A DNA stretch of 64,000 nucleotides from NCBI GenBank assembly GCA_951406725.2, contig OX597821.1:2294001-2358000 (forward strand). Direction: 5' to 3'. This stretch comes from Octopus vulgaris. Its lineage: Eukaryota. A model generated the notes under the pieces. That model was not told where the DNA came from and did not search any database. It was given only the letters and a program-made list of their open reading frames with translations. A program made the translations under genes and the position numbers. Positions 42,288 through 57,815 of this stretch are shown here, one piece after another (within the stretch, counting starts at the first letter, position 1; every line of letters starts with the position of its first letter).

Positions 42288-42288
<1 letters not shown>
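40286..42288 (+). mobile_element. Probable non-autonomous Helitron
   Basis: 3' end: hairpin acccgc/gcgggt (42257-42275), 9 nt, then CTAG|T. Candidate 5' end A|TCtctctatgtaaaactg at about 40288. Internal tandem of about 142 bp at 41380-41600. Linking the two ends is inferred. Confidence 0.45.
41895..42222 (-). mobile_element. RTE-tail repeat (family 4)
   Basis: Reverse complement of the 28507-28815 family with an (ATC)n tail. Confidence 0.85.
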
Positions 42289-42341
<53 letters not shown>

Positions 42342-43048
42342 ATGCGTGTTTGTGTGTCTGTATTTGTACGCGAGTATATGCACGTATTTATATATGTATG
42401 ATCATACAGATAGACACAAATATGTATGTTTATATGTTTATGAGTGTGTGTGCGTTTGAGTGTGTCTGCTTATGTGTTTGCGTGTAAGTACAAGGGTGGA
42501 ATCTGTTACATTTCTGTCTCTCTCATCTAATTCCTTTGCCATCTTTTCCATCAAAATACATGCATAGACTTAAACATGTATTCATAAATACTGCATCCAA
42601 TCCATAGCATTGGGTGGACGTTCTCTGGCTATTATTGACTGTTTGCCATTATAGAAATGTGAAAATGTTATCACAATCAATCTGTTTACCAATTTATCTC
42701 GTTAAATTGATGCTAATGCGTGTCCGATATGTCAGATGATGTTATCTACAATCTTATTATTGGGTGAGAAATTCAACGAATCACATCGATATTCTTCTCT
42801 AAATAAATTCTGGATTACACGATCTTACATCGTGGTTCCTATAATGTAATTGGTATTGCAGGAATAGTTTTCAAATGTCTGCATCCTTATTGTGTGCATG
42901 GCCGTTTTGGCTTTATTTAGTTCTTTATTTTGTTTTGCATATGTCCATGGTATTCGTTTTATATCCACACATGCGAGGGTGTTTGTTGGTTTGTGGGTGT
43001 ATATAGATAGATACCCCTATATATATATAGATCCACACACAAATATGT

Positions 43049-43098
<50 letters not shown>

Positions 43099-43482
43099 TA
43101 ACGTATGAGCATATGTATATGGATATATATACATATATATATATATAAATATATATATACATACATATATATATATATATATACTTATATATATATATAT
43201 ATCTACATATACATATCTACATATATATATGTGTGTGTGTATGTGAGTATATAAAGTTCGTCCATATTTCGACTGCCAATAAAATTAACTTTACATTCAA
43301 CTGAAAGGTTAGCTAATACCCTTTGTTAAGTTCTTATCGATTTACATCTACAGAGAGATGGATGACAGTGAACTCGAAGTATCGGCCTGAGGATTAGCAG
43401 CCTACAGCTTGCAAGTCACTGTGACCTTTATTTTGGTGCAATATATATATGCATATGTATATATATATATATATATATGTAT

Positions 43483-43838
43483 GATTAAGAGGAATCACCA
43501 CTAAAGTGGACACCTAATATGCTAAACATAGACGTCAAATCGCCATTACCACGAAGAATGTATTCTAAGGAAGAATATCAGCAAAACGCCAAAATTTAAA
43601 AATGAGCATGACAAATGAAAATATACGAAATAAAAAACGATTACCTACGTACCAATATCTACGATTTCGGTTGAGCCTTCTCTATCTAGTTCTGGAAATT
43701 GTGTTTTGTAAGAGACAGACTACGCTGACGATCATGAAAATATCTGCGTGTTTGCATACGTAGATATTAACAGGTGAAACCATTGGTACGTAGCTAATCG
43801 TTTTTATTTCGTATATTTCCATTTGTCTTCCTCATTTG
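43483..43838. mobile_element. Fold-back element with HHR
   Basis: Inverted arms 43600-43656 and 43782-43837, a tail of about 115 bp on the left arm, and microsatellite on both sides. Confidence 0.75.
43720..43793 (+). ncRNA. Type I hammerhead ribozyme, long stem II with decayed base
   Basis: CTACG-CTGACGA-[tcatg..aatatctgcgt/acgtagatatt..caggt]-GAA-ACCATTGGT-A-CGTAG. Stem I is 5 bp. Confidence 0.8.
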
Positions 43839-43852
43839 TATACATACATACA

Positions 43853-43938
<86 letters not shown>

Positions 43939-44111
43939 TGTATATATACTTACTTACATATATGTGTGTGTGTTTGTGTGCAAATAAATAAAACTATATA
44001 CACATGTGTATACTTTGTTATATATTTACTATATATTCACACACACACACACACAGGCGAACGCATAGATACACATTCATGCACATATAGTTAGGTATCT
44101 ATGTCTCTATG

Positions 44112-44144
<33 letters not shown>

Positions 44145-44853
44145 GTGTGTGTGTGAATAGATATATGTTATATAGGACAGCATATTCTCTTGTACAGACG
44201 TACAGTCTGAGAGATATCGTTATACATTTGCAGAAGTATGTAAAAACGGTTAAACATATACACATTCAATGTAACAAAGGAAGTATATACCATAAAATAA
44301 TGAAATCATGTCACTAAATAGACACATGTGTAGATATCAGTTAGCAGAAATGAATAATTGAACAGGTTTTTGAAGAGATAACAGATAATGTCTAGACAGC
44401 ATTTACCATAAATTTTTCTTGTGTTTAATGCAATAAAAAATGAAACTATAGGAAAATGAAAAAAAGGAAACAATATTTCTGTTTATAAACGAGCAAATAT
44501 CTCAAGAGCGATTCGAAAATTATTCAGTTAATAAAAATGTATAATATTGTATTTTCACTGTTTTTAGTTGAATGTATGAGAAATATTCTATATTTTCAAT
44601 TTGCATAATATGAGAACGCGAGTCTGAAGTTTTTATTTTCTTCTCGTAAAATGGAGCAAATATTATTTATTCATCTCACATGTGATGTTTCGAGTATAAT
44701 ACACGTTTTCAACATTAACCGGTTGCGACAGGTGAGTTGATTTAGTTTCCGAAATATTCGTGGTTGAAATGTACATCATGAGAGAATAGAGAAAATGTAA
44801 TAATGTAAAACAGACGCAGTACGCGCGCACATACACGCACACACACAGAGATG

Positions 44854-45043
<190 letters not shown>

Positions 45044-45067
45044 TTATATATATATATCGCTCATTTC

Positions 45068-45463
45068 TCTTTTACTCTTTTATTTTTACTTGTTTCAGTC
45101 ATTTGACTGCGGCCATGCTGGAGCACCGCCTTTACTCGAGCACATCGACCCTAGGAATTATTCTTTGTAAGCCTATTACTTATTCTTTCGGTCTCTTTTG
45201 CCTAACCGCTAGGCTATGGGGAAGTAAACACATCAGCATCGGTTGTCAAGTAATGTTGGGGGGACAAACATAAACACACAAATACACAAAAACATATATA
45301 TACATATAGATATATACGACGGGCTTCTTTCAGTTTCCGTTTACCAAATCCACTCACAAGGCTTTGTTCGACCCCATGCTATAGTAGAAGACACTTGCCA
45401 AATGTGCCACACAGTGGGACTGAAAACGTAACCATGTGGTTGGTAAGCAAGCTACTTAGCACA
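45068..45463 (-). mobile_element. SINE family 1
   Basis: Matches the family along its length. Confidence 0.85.
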
Positions 45464-46045
45464 CACACACACATACATACGAACATACAAATACGCACTA
45501 ACATAGCTTAAAGAATGTACAAAATAAAATGAAGCGAGCAAGTAACCGCTGATTCGGAAGAATATCGCTTTGTGTTGAAAACTATACTACATTACATTTC
45601 TGAACTGGAATCCTCATTTTATTTAAACTTGACTAATAAGGCAGCACCATTCGCATGCATTAAATGAACCAAAAAAACCATATATTCATCATCTACTTAA
45701 TATTTCGAGCATAATACCCTTTTCAACTTTAAGTGATTATACGATAGAATTGTGTATGAGTTTGCGATTTTTTCGTGATTAGAATGCACACCATGTAACA
45801 CAATCGATTCCGATACAAATCACTTTACTCGATTACCATATTTCGTCTTCCCTTTCATTGTTCAACTAAGTAAAATATATTTCTCACCATTTACAAATGC
45901 TCTAACTGTACAATTATTGGCAGCGTTGACCCGACTATAGAAAGTCATCTCTATCTCATTATTATTTCATTTTTCAGATTCAATACAAAATCTGAATATG
46001 TGTTCTGACACAACCAAAGAAAATATTATATATATCTGTATGTAA

Positions 46046-46108
<63 letters not shown>

Positions 46109-46399
46109 ACTTTATGTGTATGTGTGTATATTTAAAGCGATGTTTATGTAGATGTTTCTTTGTCTTCGGTCATAGATATTTGATATCTGCGTGTCTGTAT
46201 TTCAGCGTCCAGAAGACGACGGAAAACACGAATTTGTCGGAGGAGAAAAGGGAGATAATGAAGTAGTAATAGGTGAAGAAGAGAAAGAATGAATGAATGA
46301 ATGAAGTAAGAGTAACTCAGAGAATGTAATTTGTTTTAAGCATTTTGAAGTATGGCTTTGACAGAAGATCCATGATTCCTTTCGCTGCAGTCTCTCTGC

Positions 46400-46621
46400 A
46401 CTTGTCGTCATCATCATCACCAATATCACTGTAATTATCATGATTAGTTTAATGATAGTTTTCGCTGTCGACATCATCGTCAACATCATCATCATAATCG
46501 CCATCATTATCATCATGATCGCCATTATTATTATGATCGCCATCATCATCATCGATCATCATCGTCATCATCATCATCATCACCATCAATGTCATCATCA
46601 TCATCATCATCGATCATCACC

Positions 46622-46653
<32 letters not shown>

Positions 46654-46800
46654 CACCACCACCAACACCATCATCATCATCATCATTATCATCCCTATAT
46701 ACATCCTACTTACTATGAACCTCATGTTCAATATGACGATCATGATGAACATCGTTGTCATCGCTGTCATATTCGACATGGACATCACCCACGTCATTAT
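46400..46800. repeat. (ATC)/(ACC)/(AAC) microsatellite
   Basis: Seen directly. Confidence 0.9.
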
Positions 46801-47026
46801 AGTCAAAAAGATACAAAACCAAACAAATATATGCGTACGACGTGGGACAATTTTCCTGTGTAATATATTACTTAAAAACAATAGAACAGTTTCAAGAGTC
46901 ATTAGAAATATGAGGTGTCCTCCCTCCCGATTCAACAATTAAACTTTCAATTGTTGAATTTGGAGGGATAGCATAAATATCCTTGATAAATACGTGATAA
47001 ATGCATGATAAGTGTTCGTGATAAAT

Positions 47027-47883
47027 ACGCGGTGCATTAAAATAGTTTTGAGTCTGTTTTAGGAGAGGCGTCTATAAATGCCCAAGTTTGTCTTAATTTT
47101 GGTATATTATACTATACAACTAATAAGCTGACCTACTGACTTCTGTTATTCCAGATTGAATGAGATGGCTGAAACAGCTCTTCGAACACACGACATTAAA
47201 CTCTGCACGCCAGAAGGCGTCAATTTTGCAGAATGATGTCGGGATGCGAAGATATTTAGAAGCATGCAATGCAATGAAATTTTGTCTTAAACTGAGCAAA
47301 ACCGCTTTAGAAACTTATTAACTGCTCCAGAGTGCTTATAACTTAATTGTATGAACCGAGCATCTTTTTTCTCTTCAGTGGCACAAGAGGCCAGGCAAAC
47401 AAATAATGATCCCCCTTTTGAACAAAAAGTGGATCGTATAACACTAACTATGTTCCTTTTGGTCAGACTTCAATACACAAACATTTTGTGGAGGCTTCGA
47501 TGGAGTTCAGGAAGAGACTTCATCGCAAAAGTTCAAATCTCCGTACCAGAGCAATGCATCGATTCATAATTCAATAATGGCAACCAGCTACTTATCAAAC
47601 ATGCATATGAAAGCTGTTCCTCATCCTCTCTATAACCCAAACCTTATTCCCTGTGACTTTATGTTGTTATCCAAGCTAAAGGAGTAGATGAAGGATTCTG
47701 TGACAACAGACCTTGTAATGTTCATTTCGAAGGACTTCCGTAGGGGTCCTCACGAAAAGACTGAAATGCCAAATAAGTGTCTTGAGTTCAGAGGATTCTA
47801 CATTAAAGGAAATTAGAGTTTTGTAGTTCTTTGAATTTGGTGTCTCTACAGAAACTGTCTCCAATCTTCTGGAATGCACCTTG
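47027..47883 (+). mobile_element. Decayed, internally deleted mariner transposon
   Basis: TIR-like ends cgcggtgcattaaaatagttttgagtc and gtctccaatcttctggaatgcaccttg. HTH-like AMKFCLKLSKTALETY, and VPHPLYNPNLIPCDF (degenerate YSPDLAP motif). Confidence 0.8.
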
Positions 47884-48554
47884 TATAATTATGTGTTTGC
47901 AGAAAAAATATTTTGCGAAATTAAAATCCGTTCACGGAATCGGCTTTCGAGGAGCTGGCAGTTTGGTTTACGACGCCCCCACACACGCGCACACACACAC
48001 GAACACACATGCACACACACGCACACACAAGCAGAACATATATAATCTCTTTGTCACTCTTTATCTTTCCTTCTCTCACAAACACACATACACACAAAGA
48101 CTAATACCGAATACTGTAGAGCAAGGCAATGCATTAGTGTTGTGTAAAATTTCAAATGACTGTGTGAGAATAAATATGAGTCAGCAGGCAGGATCATTAT
48201 GTATTCCGATAACGTCACTTTCACTTTCACGTCCCTAACATCGACGTTGTGAAATTGCCTGCTTCGGTAATGGCTATTATGATGAAGCCGTTAGAATTTG
48301 AAGCTCTGTAAAAACGGAGATAAATATCACCTAGATGACAGCCATAATGTCTTAGGTCCGTAACATTTCTGCTGAAATGTTTTTAACCCCAAAGCAATTT
48401 TAACAATTCAAACAAGTATCATGATATAACTGGAGACGATGTATTACTAAATGTCTCTACGTCACTGTGAGATAAAGAATTGTAGTTGAAAACTTTACCG
48501 TGGGCATTGTATACGTGTGTGCGTAATGCACAAGGAACCAATGAGCTTAGCTGG

Positions 48555-48615
<61 letters not shown>

Positions 48616-48679
48616 GATAGATAGATAGATATTTACATAATGTATACGAAGAGAACAAGCTCATGCTGGGGGAGATACT

Positions 48680-48741
48680 GTTCATCATGGTTATATTAAT
48701 GATCCTTTCCGTCGTCGTTGTAATCATCATCGTCGTCGTCG

Positions 48742-48782
<41 letters not shown>

Positions 48783-49252
48783 GCCGTCGTCGTCATCATC
48801 ATCACCATATCCTCCTCCCTTACTCCTCTTCTTCCTCATTATCATCATACTCATCCTCACCGTCATTGTAACCATCATCCACTTCCTCCTCATTCACCTC
48901 ATAATACCCTAATCCCTTCCATTATAATCATCATCATCATGTTTTTCATCATTGTCGCCATCTCCTCCTCCCTTACTCCTCCCCTTCCTCATTATCATCA
49001 TCATTATCCTCACCGTCAATATAACTATCATCCGCTTCCTCCTCATTCACTTCATCAACATCGGCATCCACCTCCTCTCCATTCTAAACATCGTCATCAT
49101 CATCATCATCGTCGTTGTCATCATCATCATCATCTTCATCATCATCAGTATCATCAACGTCGCTATCTCCTCCTTTCCTCCTCCCCTCCTTCTTCTCACT
49201 ATCATCATCATCATCACCATCATCATCATTGTCGGCATCATCATCATCATCA

Positions 49253-49286
<34 letters not shown>

Positions 49287-49420
49287 TATCATCGTCGTCG
49301 TCATCATCATTCTGCTTATTAAAAACCACAATATGATCATCATCGTTGTCCTCGTCGACGTCGTGTTTGGCATTATCATCATTCCTCAAGAAATTATCAT
49401 TCGTCTTCATAATCATTGTA
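48680..49420. repeat. (ATC)/(GTC)/(CCT) compound microsatellite with internal duplication
   Basis: Seen directly. The block at 48805-48900 recurs at about 48955-49050. Confidence 0.9.
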
Positions 49421-49452
49421 ATGTTCATAATACAACTAATATTTCCAGATAT

Positions 49453-49676
49453 CTCTTTTACTCTTTAACTCTTTTACTTGTTTCAGTCATTTGACTTCGA
49501 CCATGCTGGAGCACCGTCTTTAGTCGAGCAAATCAAACCCAGGATTTATTCTTTGTAGGCCTAGTACTTATTCTAGCGGTCTCTTTGCCGAACCGCTAAG
49601 TTACGGGGACGTAAACACACCACCATCGGTTGTCAAGCGATGTTGGTGGTGAGGCAAACATGGACACACAAACACA

Positions 49677-49719
<43 letters not shown>

Positions 49720-49872
49720 GACGGATTTCTTTCAGTTTCCGTCTACCAAATCCACTCACAAGGCTTGATCAGTCCGAGGCTATAGTATAAGACACTAACC
49801 CAAGATGCCACGCAGTGGGACTGAACCCGGAACCATGTCGTTGGTAAGCAAGCTACTTACCACACAGCCACT
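49453..49872 (-). mobile_element. SINE family 1
   Basis: Matches the family along its length. Confidence 0.85.
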
Positions 49873-50361
49873 ATATATTTAATGACTTTTTTTTACAAGC
49901 TGCGACCGGATTTTCAGGCAATATCCATAGCTTATGCTCACGCACACCTAGACATTTTATTTTGGAGTTTGTATCTTCCACGTTGATGTAAATATAACAC
50001 CTACCTGTGTTGAACTTGCTTTTTAAAATCTATGTTCGCTCCATGAAGATCGTTCTTATAGCCGACGTCCTGCATTGTCGTTACCTGCAATGGATGATAA
50101 TGCTTCAATTCTAAGTGTGTTGGATATATTTAAGCAATACTTGGTGGCGTTTTATACCACGCTGGGTTCATCGTTCTACAATACACACGCGCAGATACGC
50201 ACGTACACGCACACATACGCACACACACACAGACTAACACTTACACACATGTAACTTTATCTATATATTTGCATACATATATACATCCATATAATATATA
50301 TCTATCCACCTCTACCTCTGTTCTCCGTGTGCACACACACGCACATTTTGGTATACGCATA

Positions 50362-50424
<63 letters not shown>

Positions 50425-50860
50425 TAAATATATGCATATATACAGACATATATGTACATACCCACATATATATGTATATATACATGCATATATGCGTACA
50501 GAACATAAAAATAAACGTTGAACACAATGAGAAACGAAAGCAAAAACAATGACATAGAAAACGAACCTTTTTCGATCAACGGAAAAAAACAGAAACGAGA
50601 CCTTCAACATAAAGAACATTTCCCTTCATCAGTTGTCCCTGTTTCATCTACTCCGCGTTATGACGGCAAGAACAATACTCGACTTCGTTGAAACAGTCCT
50701 TCCCGGCGTGTGTATAGTTGAAATTTACGCACAAAAACAAAAGACGAACACAGGTGTATAAACAACAAATAGGTGTATTAGTTTAACGCTCGGGAAGGTA
50801 AGACAGTCGTTTACGTTTCAACAGAAAGGAACACGATGAAATAAACAGAGAGAGAATAAC
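50425..50860 (-). mobile_element. Family B element (50425-50705) adjacent to family C element (50715-50860)
   Basis: Homology to 35300-35605 and 31060-31220 respectively. Confidence 0.65.
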
Positions 50861-51489
50861 AAAAAACTTTAGAAGCTAGCGAGATAGATCTTGTGTTACA
50901 TGGAGCAGTATTCATAAAATAAATTCTGGGGATACCCATGAGCAAGGCACTTGACTAGATATTGCTTATAATAAGTTTTACCTTATGCTAATATAAATAT
51001 ATTTAAAATATACTCGCTTGGAAAGAATAAAAGTTATAGACAAAAACTTATACCTCTGAAGTCACCATCTTATGATCAGCATGTTCCTTTTGCTTTTATT
51101 CTGTATCCAGTAAAAATAATGTTAATCAACATGTGGGAGTTTCCTGGCCGAACGGCGATTTGGAACTGGAAGGAAATCCTTGGAATTGTCTCTTACTAAA
51201 TAAGCAGTACATAGGGAAATATAGATTGACACTTAATTCAGAAATTCAGCTAACATTTACTGATATCTAAGCTTCATATTTGTTCGACTGTGATAATTTT
51301 TAATATATGTTTAATACTATGTTCTTAGAATGGCACAAAATAACGGTAACCATGTTTAATTTTCCGTGTACAACTAGTTTATATGTCCGTTTCTGTTTTG
51401 CCATTTGGTAATATATGGAAAGCAAAGCAACAGGGCAGCTATACCTGAATTCCTAGCCCGAAGTATTGAAGAAGTTGATTTTTTTATTT

Positions 51490-52233
51490 CCCACAAGGGA
51501 ACAACATAGAGAGGGTTATTGTAAAGACAGACGAAATACCTATTTCTTTACTACCCACAAGGGGTTAAACATAGAGGGGACAATCAAGGACAGACAAACG
51601 GATTAAGTCGATTATATCGACGCCAGTGCGTAACTGGTACTTAATTTATCAACTCCGAAAGGATGACTGGCAAAGCAGACATCGGCGGAATTTGAACTCA
51701 GAACATAACGGCAGACCAAATACCGCTAAGCATTTCGCTCGGCGTGCTAACGTTTCTTATTTCTTTATTGCCCACAAGGAGCTAAACATAGAGGGGTTAA
51801 ACAAGGACAGACGATGGGATTAGCTCGATTACCTCGACCCCTGTGTGTAACTGGTACTTAATTTATCAGCCCCGAAAGGATTAAAGGCAAAGTCGAGCTC
51901 GGTGGAATTTGAACTCAGAACATAACGGCAGACGAAATACCTGTTTCTTTACTACCCACAAGGGGCTGAACACAAGGGGCTGAACCACAAGGGGCTGAAC
52001 AGAGAAAACAAACAAGGACAGACAAACGGATTAAGTCGATTACATCGACCCCAGTGCGTAACTGGTACTTATTTAATTGATCCCGAACGGATGAAAGGCA
52101 AAATCGACCTCAGTGGAATTTGAACTCAGAACGTAACGACGTATTTCGTTCGGCGTGCTAACGTTTCTACCAACTCGCCACCTTCTGCCAACTCGCCACC
52201 TTCTACCAACTCGCCACCTTCTGCCAACTCGCC
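51490..52233 (-). mobile_element. Head-to-tail array of SINE family 2 (about 3.5 units)
   Basis: The unit tttctttactacccacaagggg...gtaactggtact...tttgaactcagaac is repeated three times. The head end has an 18-bp repeat, ttct(a/g)ccaactcgccacc, four times. Confidence 0.85.
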
Positions 52234-52754
52234 GTGTTATGGTCAAAGAAGCGAGAACGTTGATGAGACGTACGTTAAGAAGTTCACCTGATCACTCGTA
52301 ATCCGACTGTTAGCCGGTTTATATTAATGAGGAATGGACATTTGAATCATCTTGTAGATATAACAGTTCTAAAATATCAGACAAAATGTTTATACGTTTG
52401 CTCAACCGTAACTGACCGCTAAAGATCAAAAAAAGGTATTAACATTACTTTTGTTCATAAATATCGCCTACTTAGAATACAGTGAAATTCCCATTTGCAA
52501 ACAGTTTCTACTTCCAATGTCAGTTTAGTTGAATTATTTAATATTTTCATAGAAATGTATGAACACGAGAAACTCTTGATCTCTCGCATAAATGACAAAC
52601 CTTTGATCCAATTGAAAAATGAATATTTGCAGAACGTATGGAATGCGATTGCTTGGATTCTGTAAAAGGTTTTATGAGTGAATTCAGGCGTGATTTTGTT
52701 TTGTTTCCAATGCTTCCTTTGATTTAATTTTATGTGGATATGTGCTTCTGTGTA

Positions 52755-52796
<42 letters not shown>

Positions 52797-53581
52797 TGCG
52801 TGCGTGCGTGTGTATGTGTGTGTGTGTGTGTGTGTGTTTTCTCAAATAAAAGTAAATTGCAGAATGGATGGCAGTCATAGCCCCTCCTTCCTCCTAGTAA
52901 AAATGGAAAATACTATGTTGGTATTCATTCAACCCTGACAGAATTACGATTTGATGTCAAAGCACCATTAGATTTCAAATTAATAGCGAGACTCCAAGTC
53001 AGTTCTATTTTATAAGGGTGTTGTGCCCATATTGGAAATTAGAGGTTATGTATTCTGTAGCCCACTAAAATAATCAAAGTATGGCAGCTTCCTAGAAGCT
53101 GTGTTGTTCTAATGGTGCTGTCAATTCCCTCTGATGATTATTAGTGCCTTCTTCTCTGAAAAACACCAAGGATCACACGAACAGTTGTTGTTATTCTAGA
53201 ACCATAACAAATTGAAAACGTGTGTTAGTCTTTCTAATCTATTTACTGACAGATACCAAATTCAGGGAATTTAAATTGCCAGATTGTGAAAGCAGTCCAA
53301 GAAATAACGAGGATTTTTTTTATTTTTTTTTTTTATATGAGCATTCGAAAGAATATGTGTGTGACTGTGTGTACATGTGTTAGAATTACTTTCATTCCAA
53401 AATTCCATTCTGATATTTTATGTCTATATTTAACTGTTTATTTATTTCTTTGTTTATTTACCCCCTTTTTGCTAGATCGCCTATTTCACGAAGATGAAAG
53501 CTATAATTAAGTTTCATTTTCTGAAATGATTTCAAAATTTACGATTTGTTTTATTAATTTTAATCATATTTTCTGCTTTAT

Positions 53582-53626
<45 letters not shown>

Positions 53627-53629
53627 CAT

Positions 53630-53972
53630 AGGAGCAGGAGTAGCTGTGTGGTAAGTAGCATGCATACCAACCACATGGTTCTGGGTTCTGTCCCACTGCG
53701 TAGCACCTTGGGCAAGTGTCTTCTTGCCCAAGGTGCTGACTAAAGCCTTGTGAGTGGATTTGGTAGAAGGAAACTGAAAGAAGCCTGTCGTATATAGGTA
53801 TATTGATGTGCATGTGTGTATATGTTTGTCTCCCCAGCATCGCTGTCAACCGATGGTGGTGTGTTTGCGGTTCAGCAAAGAGACTGATATAGTAAGTACT
53901 AGGCTGGGGTCGATTTGCTCGACTAAACATGGTGCTCCAACAGTTAAATGTCTGAAACAAGTAAAAGAATAA
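53630..53972 (+). mobile_element. SINE family 1 with internal deletions
   Basis: Family match. Confidence 0.8.
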
Positions 53973-53976
53973 AATA

Positions 53977-54016
<40 letters not shown>

Positions 54017-54434
54017 ATGTGTGTTTGTGTGTGTGTTTTGTGTGTGTGTTTGTGTGTGTGTGTCTGTATATGTATATATATTTCTTAAAGAAACCTTTGC
54101 GTTCTGATAGAAATTTTCCAGCATTAAATATAAAATGCGTCGATATCAATACATAGATTTAGATAGAAGATTTAATACTTGTATACAGCCATGTCTGCTT
54201 CTATATATTCCGATTTTTTCTATACGACTAAAAAAAAAACTTATTTTAATACGAGTTGATTTAAAATGTTTATAATTACATGAATGGCTGTGTGGACGAG
54301 AAGGTCATTTTGCTGTTATATAGTTTGGTGCCAAGTCCCACCATGCACACCCGAGTAAGTGTCGTGAAGTATAGGCCCGAACGTGCAATGTATTGTCATG
54401 AATACTGTAGAAGGAAAGTGTGTGGAAACCCACC

Positions 54435-54526
<92 letters not shown>

Positions 54527-54651
54527 TATACATATATATGCACCTGTACTAAAAAAAGAGAGCATTCTTGACTACAATCACACACACACATATGTGCATT
54601 CGATAAACAGAGGCAAGCATTTTAGGATATATATATATATATATATATATA

Positions 54652-54762
54652 TATTGATAGAAATGGCTAGACAACAAAAGAATGAAAGAAACCTCGATAT
54701 TATATAAATAGAGGAATTTATCTTTAAATATATGTGACAATTATTCGGCAACCATGATAAAA
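54652..54762 (-). mobile_element. 3' fragment of the 20612-20910 element family
   Basis: Aligns to the reverse complement of 20799-20910 (aaatagaggaatttatc..atatgtgacaattattc..gataaaa). The 3' end is in (TA)n. Confidence 0.75.
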
Positions 54763-54891
54763 AGTAAGTAGAGGTAAGGGAGTCAAAATGTTCATAGTAA
54801 TCGCATAAGAGCGTATGTCCATACATACCCATATGGCGCCCGCACATCCCTATATACTCATCCACCCTCACTTGAAACACACAAGTACGCA

Positions 54892-55290
54892 AGTGGTACT
54901 TAATTTAACGACTCCGAAAGGATGAAAGGCTAATCAACCTCGGCGGAATTTGAACTCAGAGTGTATAGACAAACGATATACCGCTAAGCATTTCGCCGGC
55001 GTGCTAACGTTTCTGCCAGCTGGATCGGCCTCTATTGCTGATCCCACACACACATATGTATCAGACACACACCCAAACCCACAAACCCACTCACCCCCAT
55101 CCTCACCCCCACACTCACTCACACATATGTGTCAGACAAACTTCCACACAGTTTCCGTCAACCAAATTCACTCATAAGTTATCGATCTGTTCAAGGTTGT
55201 AGGAAATGACGTTTGAGCTAGGTGTCTCGCAGTGAGACTAAACCGAAACCTATGTGGCTGCCAAGCGAGCTTCTTAACCACATAGTCATG
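54892..55290 (-). mobile_element. SINE family 2 fragment (54892-55022) plus degenerate family 1 head (55135-55290)
   Basis: Family matches. Confidence 0.65.
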
Positions 55291-56239
55291 TTTGCACGAT
55301 TGTACATAAAATATTGTATAATTTAAGGCCATTTCTTCATTTGTTGTATTGATTTATTTGATACTTTGTAAAAATGTGCGGTCCCTCATCCTTCGCAGAA
55401 TCCCGGAGGCACAACACGGAAGCAGGAACACTAGCTACATAATTATTATCCCCTTTTTACTTCCTATAAACCTACTTGATCTGGTAAAGCGAAACACTTC
55501 TACATAGATATTCATTGGTTTATAAATTACCGTATGCAATACGGCGCTCGTTTTGGAACGCTTAAATCTCTTTACATCAAACACTTCATGGACATTAAGA
55601 ACGTTTCTAGTTAAAGCATAAACTGCATTACTGCATTGTCTATGAAGAACTAATATTTTCCATTCTATGTAAAAGAAGGCAATCCGTTATCTTCTCGGAG
55701 GAACATTAAAGTTTCATGAAACTGACAAGGAATAAACTTATTTGATATAGATTTGCAATATAGTGCAGCATTTACCGTGATCTTAGGTGAATAATCCAAA
55801 CTGCTTTCTGAGGTGAAACTATACATTTTAAATTTAAGCTCATTTCTGTATATTGTAGAACAAAATACAAGACGATCTGGTGCAAGTCAGATATTCTTTT
55901 GCAGTAAATTTACTTTTAGTAATGTATATGTTCATTCAGTATAGTACATAAATGGTTACCTTGATTGAAAACTACTTCTAATACTTCTTCTTAGGCTGAA
56001 TTTTTAGAAGACTGTAGACACAATTTATGCGTATAGGAGTAGCTAATTGTATTTACCACCTAATAATAGAAACAGTGTATCCCACATCTTCACATAAACT
56101 AACTCTCCATATATTCGTGTACCATATCTATATGCACACACACAAGTACACACACACACACATACATACAAACACACACACACAATTGCAAGTATACATA
56201 CATATGTCTCGCTCGCTTCCTGTTTATCTATCTGTATGT

Positions 56240-56299
<60 letters not shown>

Positions 56300-56377
56300 T
56301 ATATAACTGCATGTCTGTCTGTCTGTCTATCTCTCTCTGTATGTCTGTCTTTCTGCCTGTCTGTCTATCTATCAATC

Positions 56378-56964
<587 letters not shown>

Positions 56965-57692
56965 ATCTATATATATATATATAGCTTCACCCCACGCCCA
57001 CCCATAAGAACACCTTGTGCACGTGTGCTAGAATAGATTTAATTCTAATCGATTAATGCACAAAACAATTATATCCAAATGCTCTAAAACAATTATTTAA
57101 TATAAACACGTGTAGGAATTTAATAAAAGAAATTGATTTTAAATAGATTTTAAAGATGTGTAACTCCTCATTCTTCATTGTCACATGTTGACGATACATG
57201 TTATTTTCTACATGTAATCCATTAAAAGGAACTCAAAATTTCTCTATTGCAGGGATTACATTTTAATTGTCCCATCTAAACTATTCTAAGTGATTCCTAC
57301 CGTTCGATGTATTTTGTTAAGTCTAGATGTTATATACATCATAAACATGCATACATACACACACACATGTAGACACACACACACATATATATATAGAAAA
57401 ATATATGTATATCTATATACATACATATACATATATATATATGTATGCATATATATATATATATATACATTTATACAATCGATATTTACATACCCATTTT
57501 ATCGCTTGGCCAGCATGGGAATAAAAACCTTTCAAAGGAATAATTATTTAAAATTATAATTTAGGGTATCTAAGAGATAAAATCCAGCTGGAAATAGCAG
57601 TCAAATTTCACTCTAAAACCACATTAAGTATACATACAGCACCAGGAGAGAAGACAAAAAGACAAAATAAACTAGCAAAAAATTACTGGATA

Positions 57693-57751
57693 ATTCCAGA
57701 TCCTGGATTTCTGGCTTTGCATAAGAAATGCTTTACCTTCATCAGTGGAAT
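57693..57751 (-). ncRNA. Type I hammerhead ribozyme
   Basis: Minus strand: ATTCCA-CTGATGA-a-gg-taaa-gcat(ttctt)atgc-aaag-cc-a-GAA-ATCCAGGAT-C-TGGAAT. Stem I is 6 bp, triplet AUC. Confidence 0.85.
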
Positions 57752-57772
57752 ACACTCCCATAGCAGATAAAT

Positions 57773-57815
<43 letters not shown>

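Noticed and set aside
46206-46272. Possible small exon after gtatttcag
   Set aside because: Weak donor (gtgaag), no recognisable peptide and no partner exons.
52166-52233. 18-bp direct repeats as a CRISPR-like array
   Set aside because: No spacers; slippage duplication of a SINE head in eukaryotic DNA.
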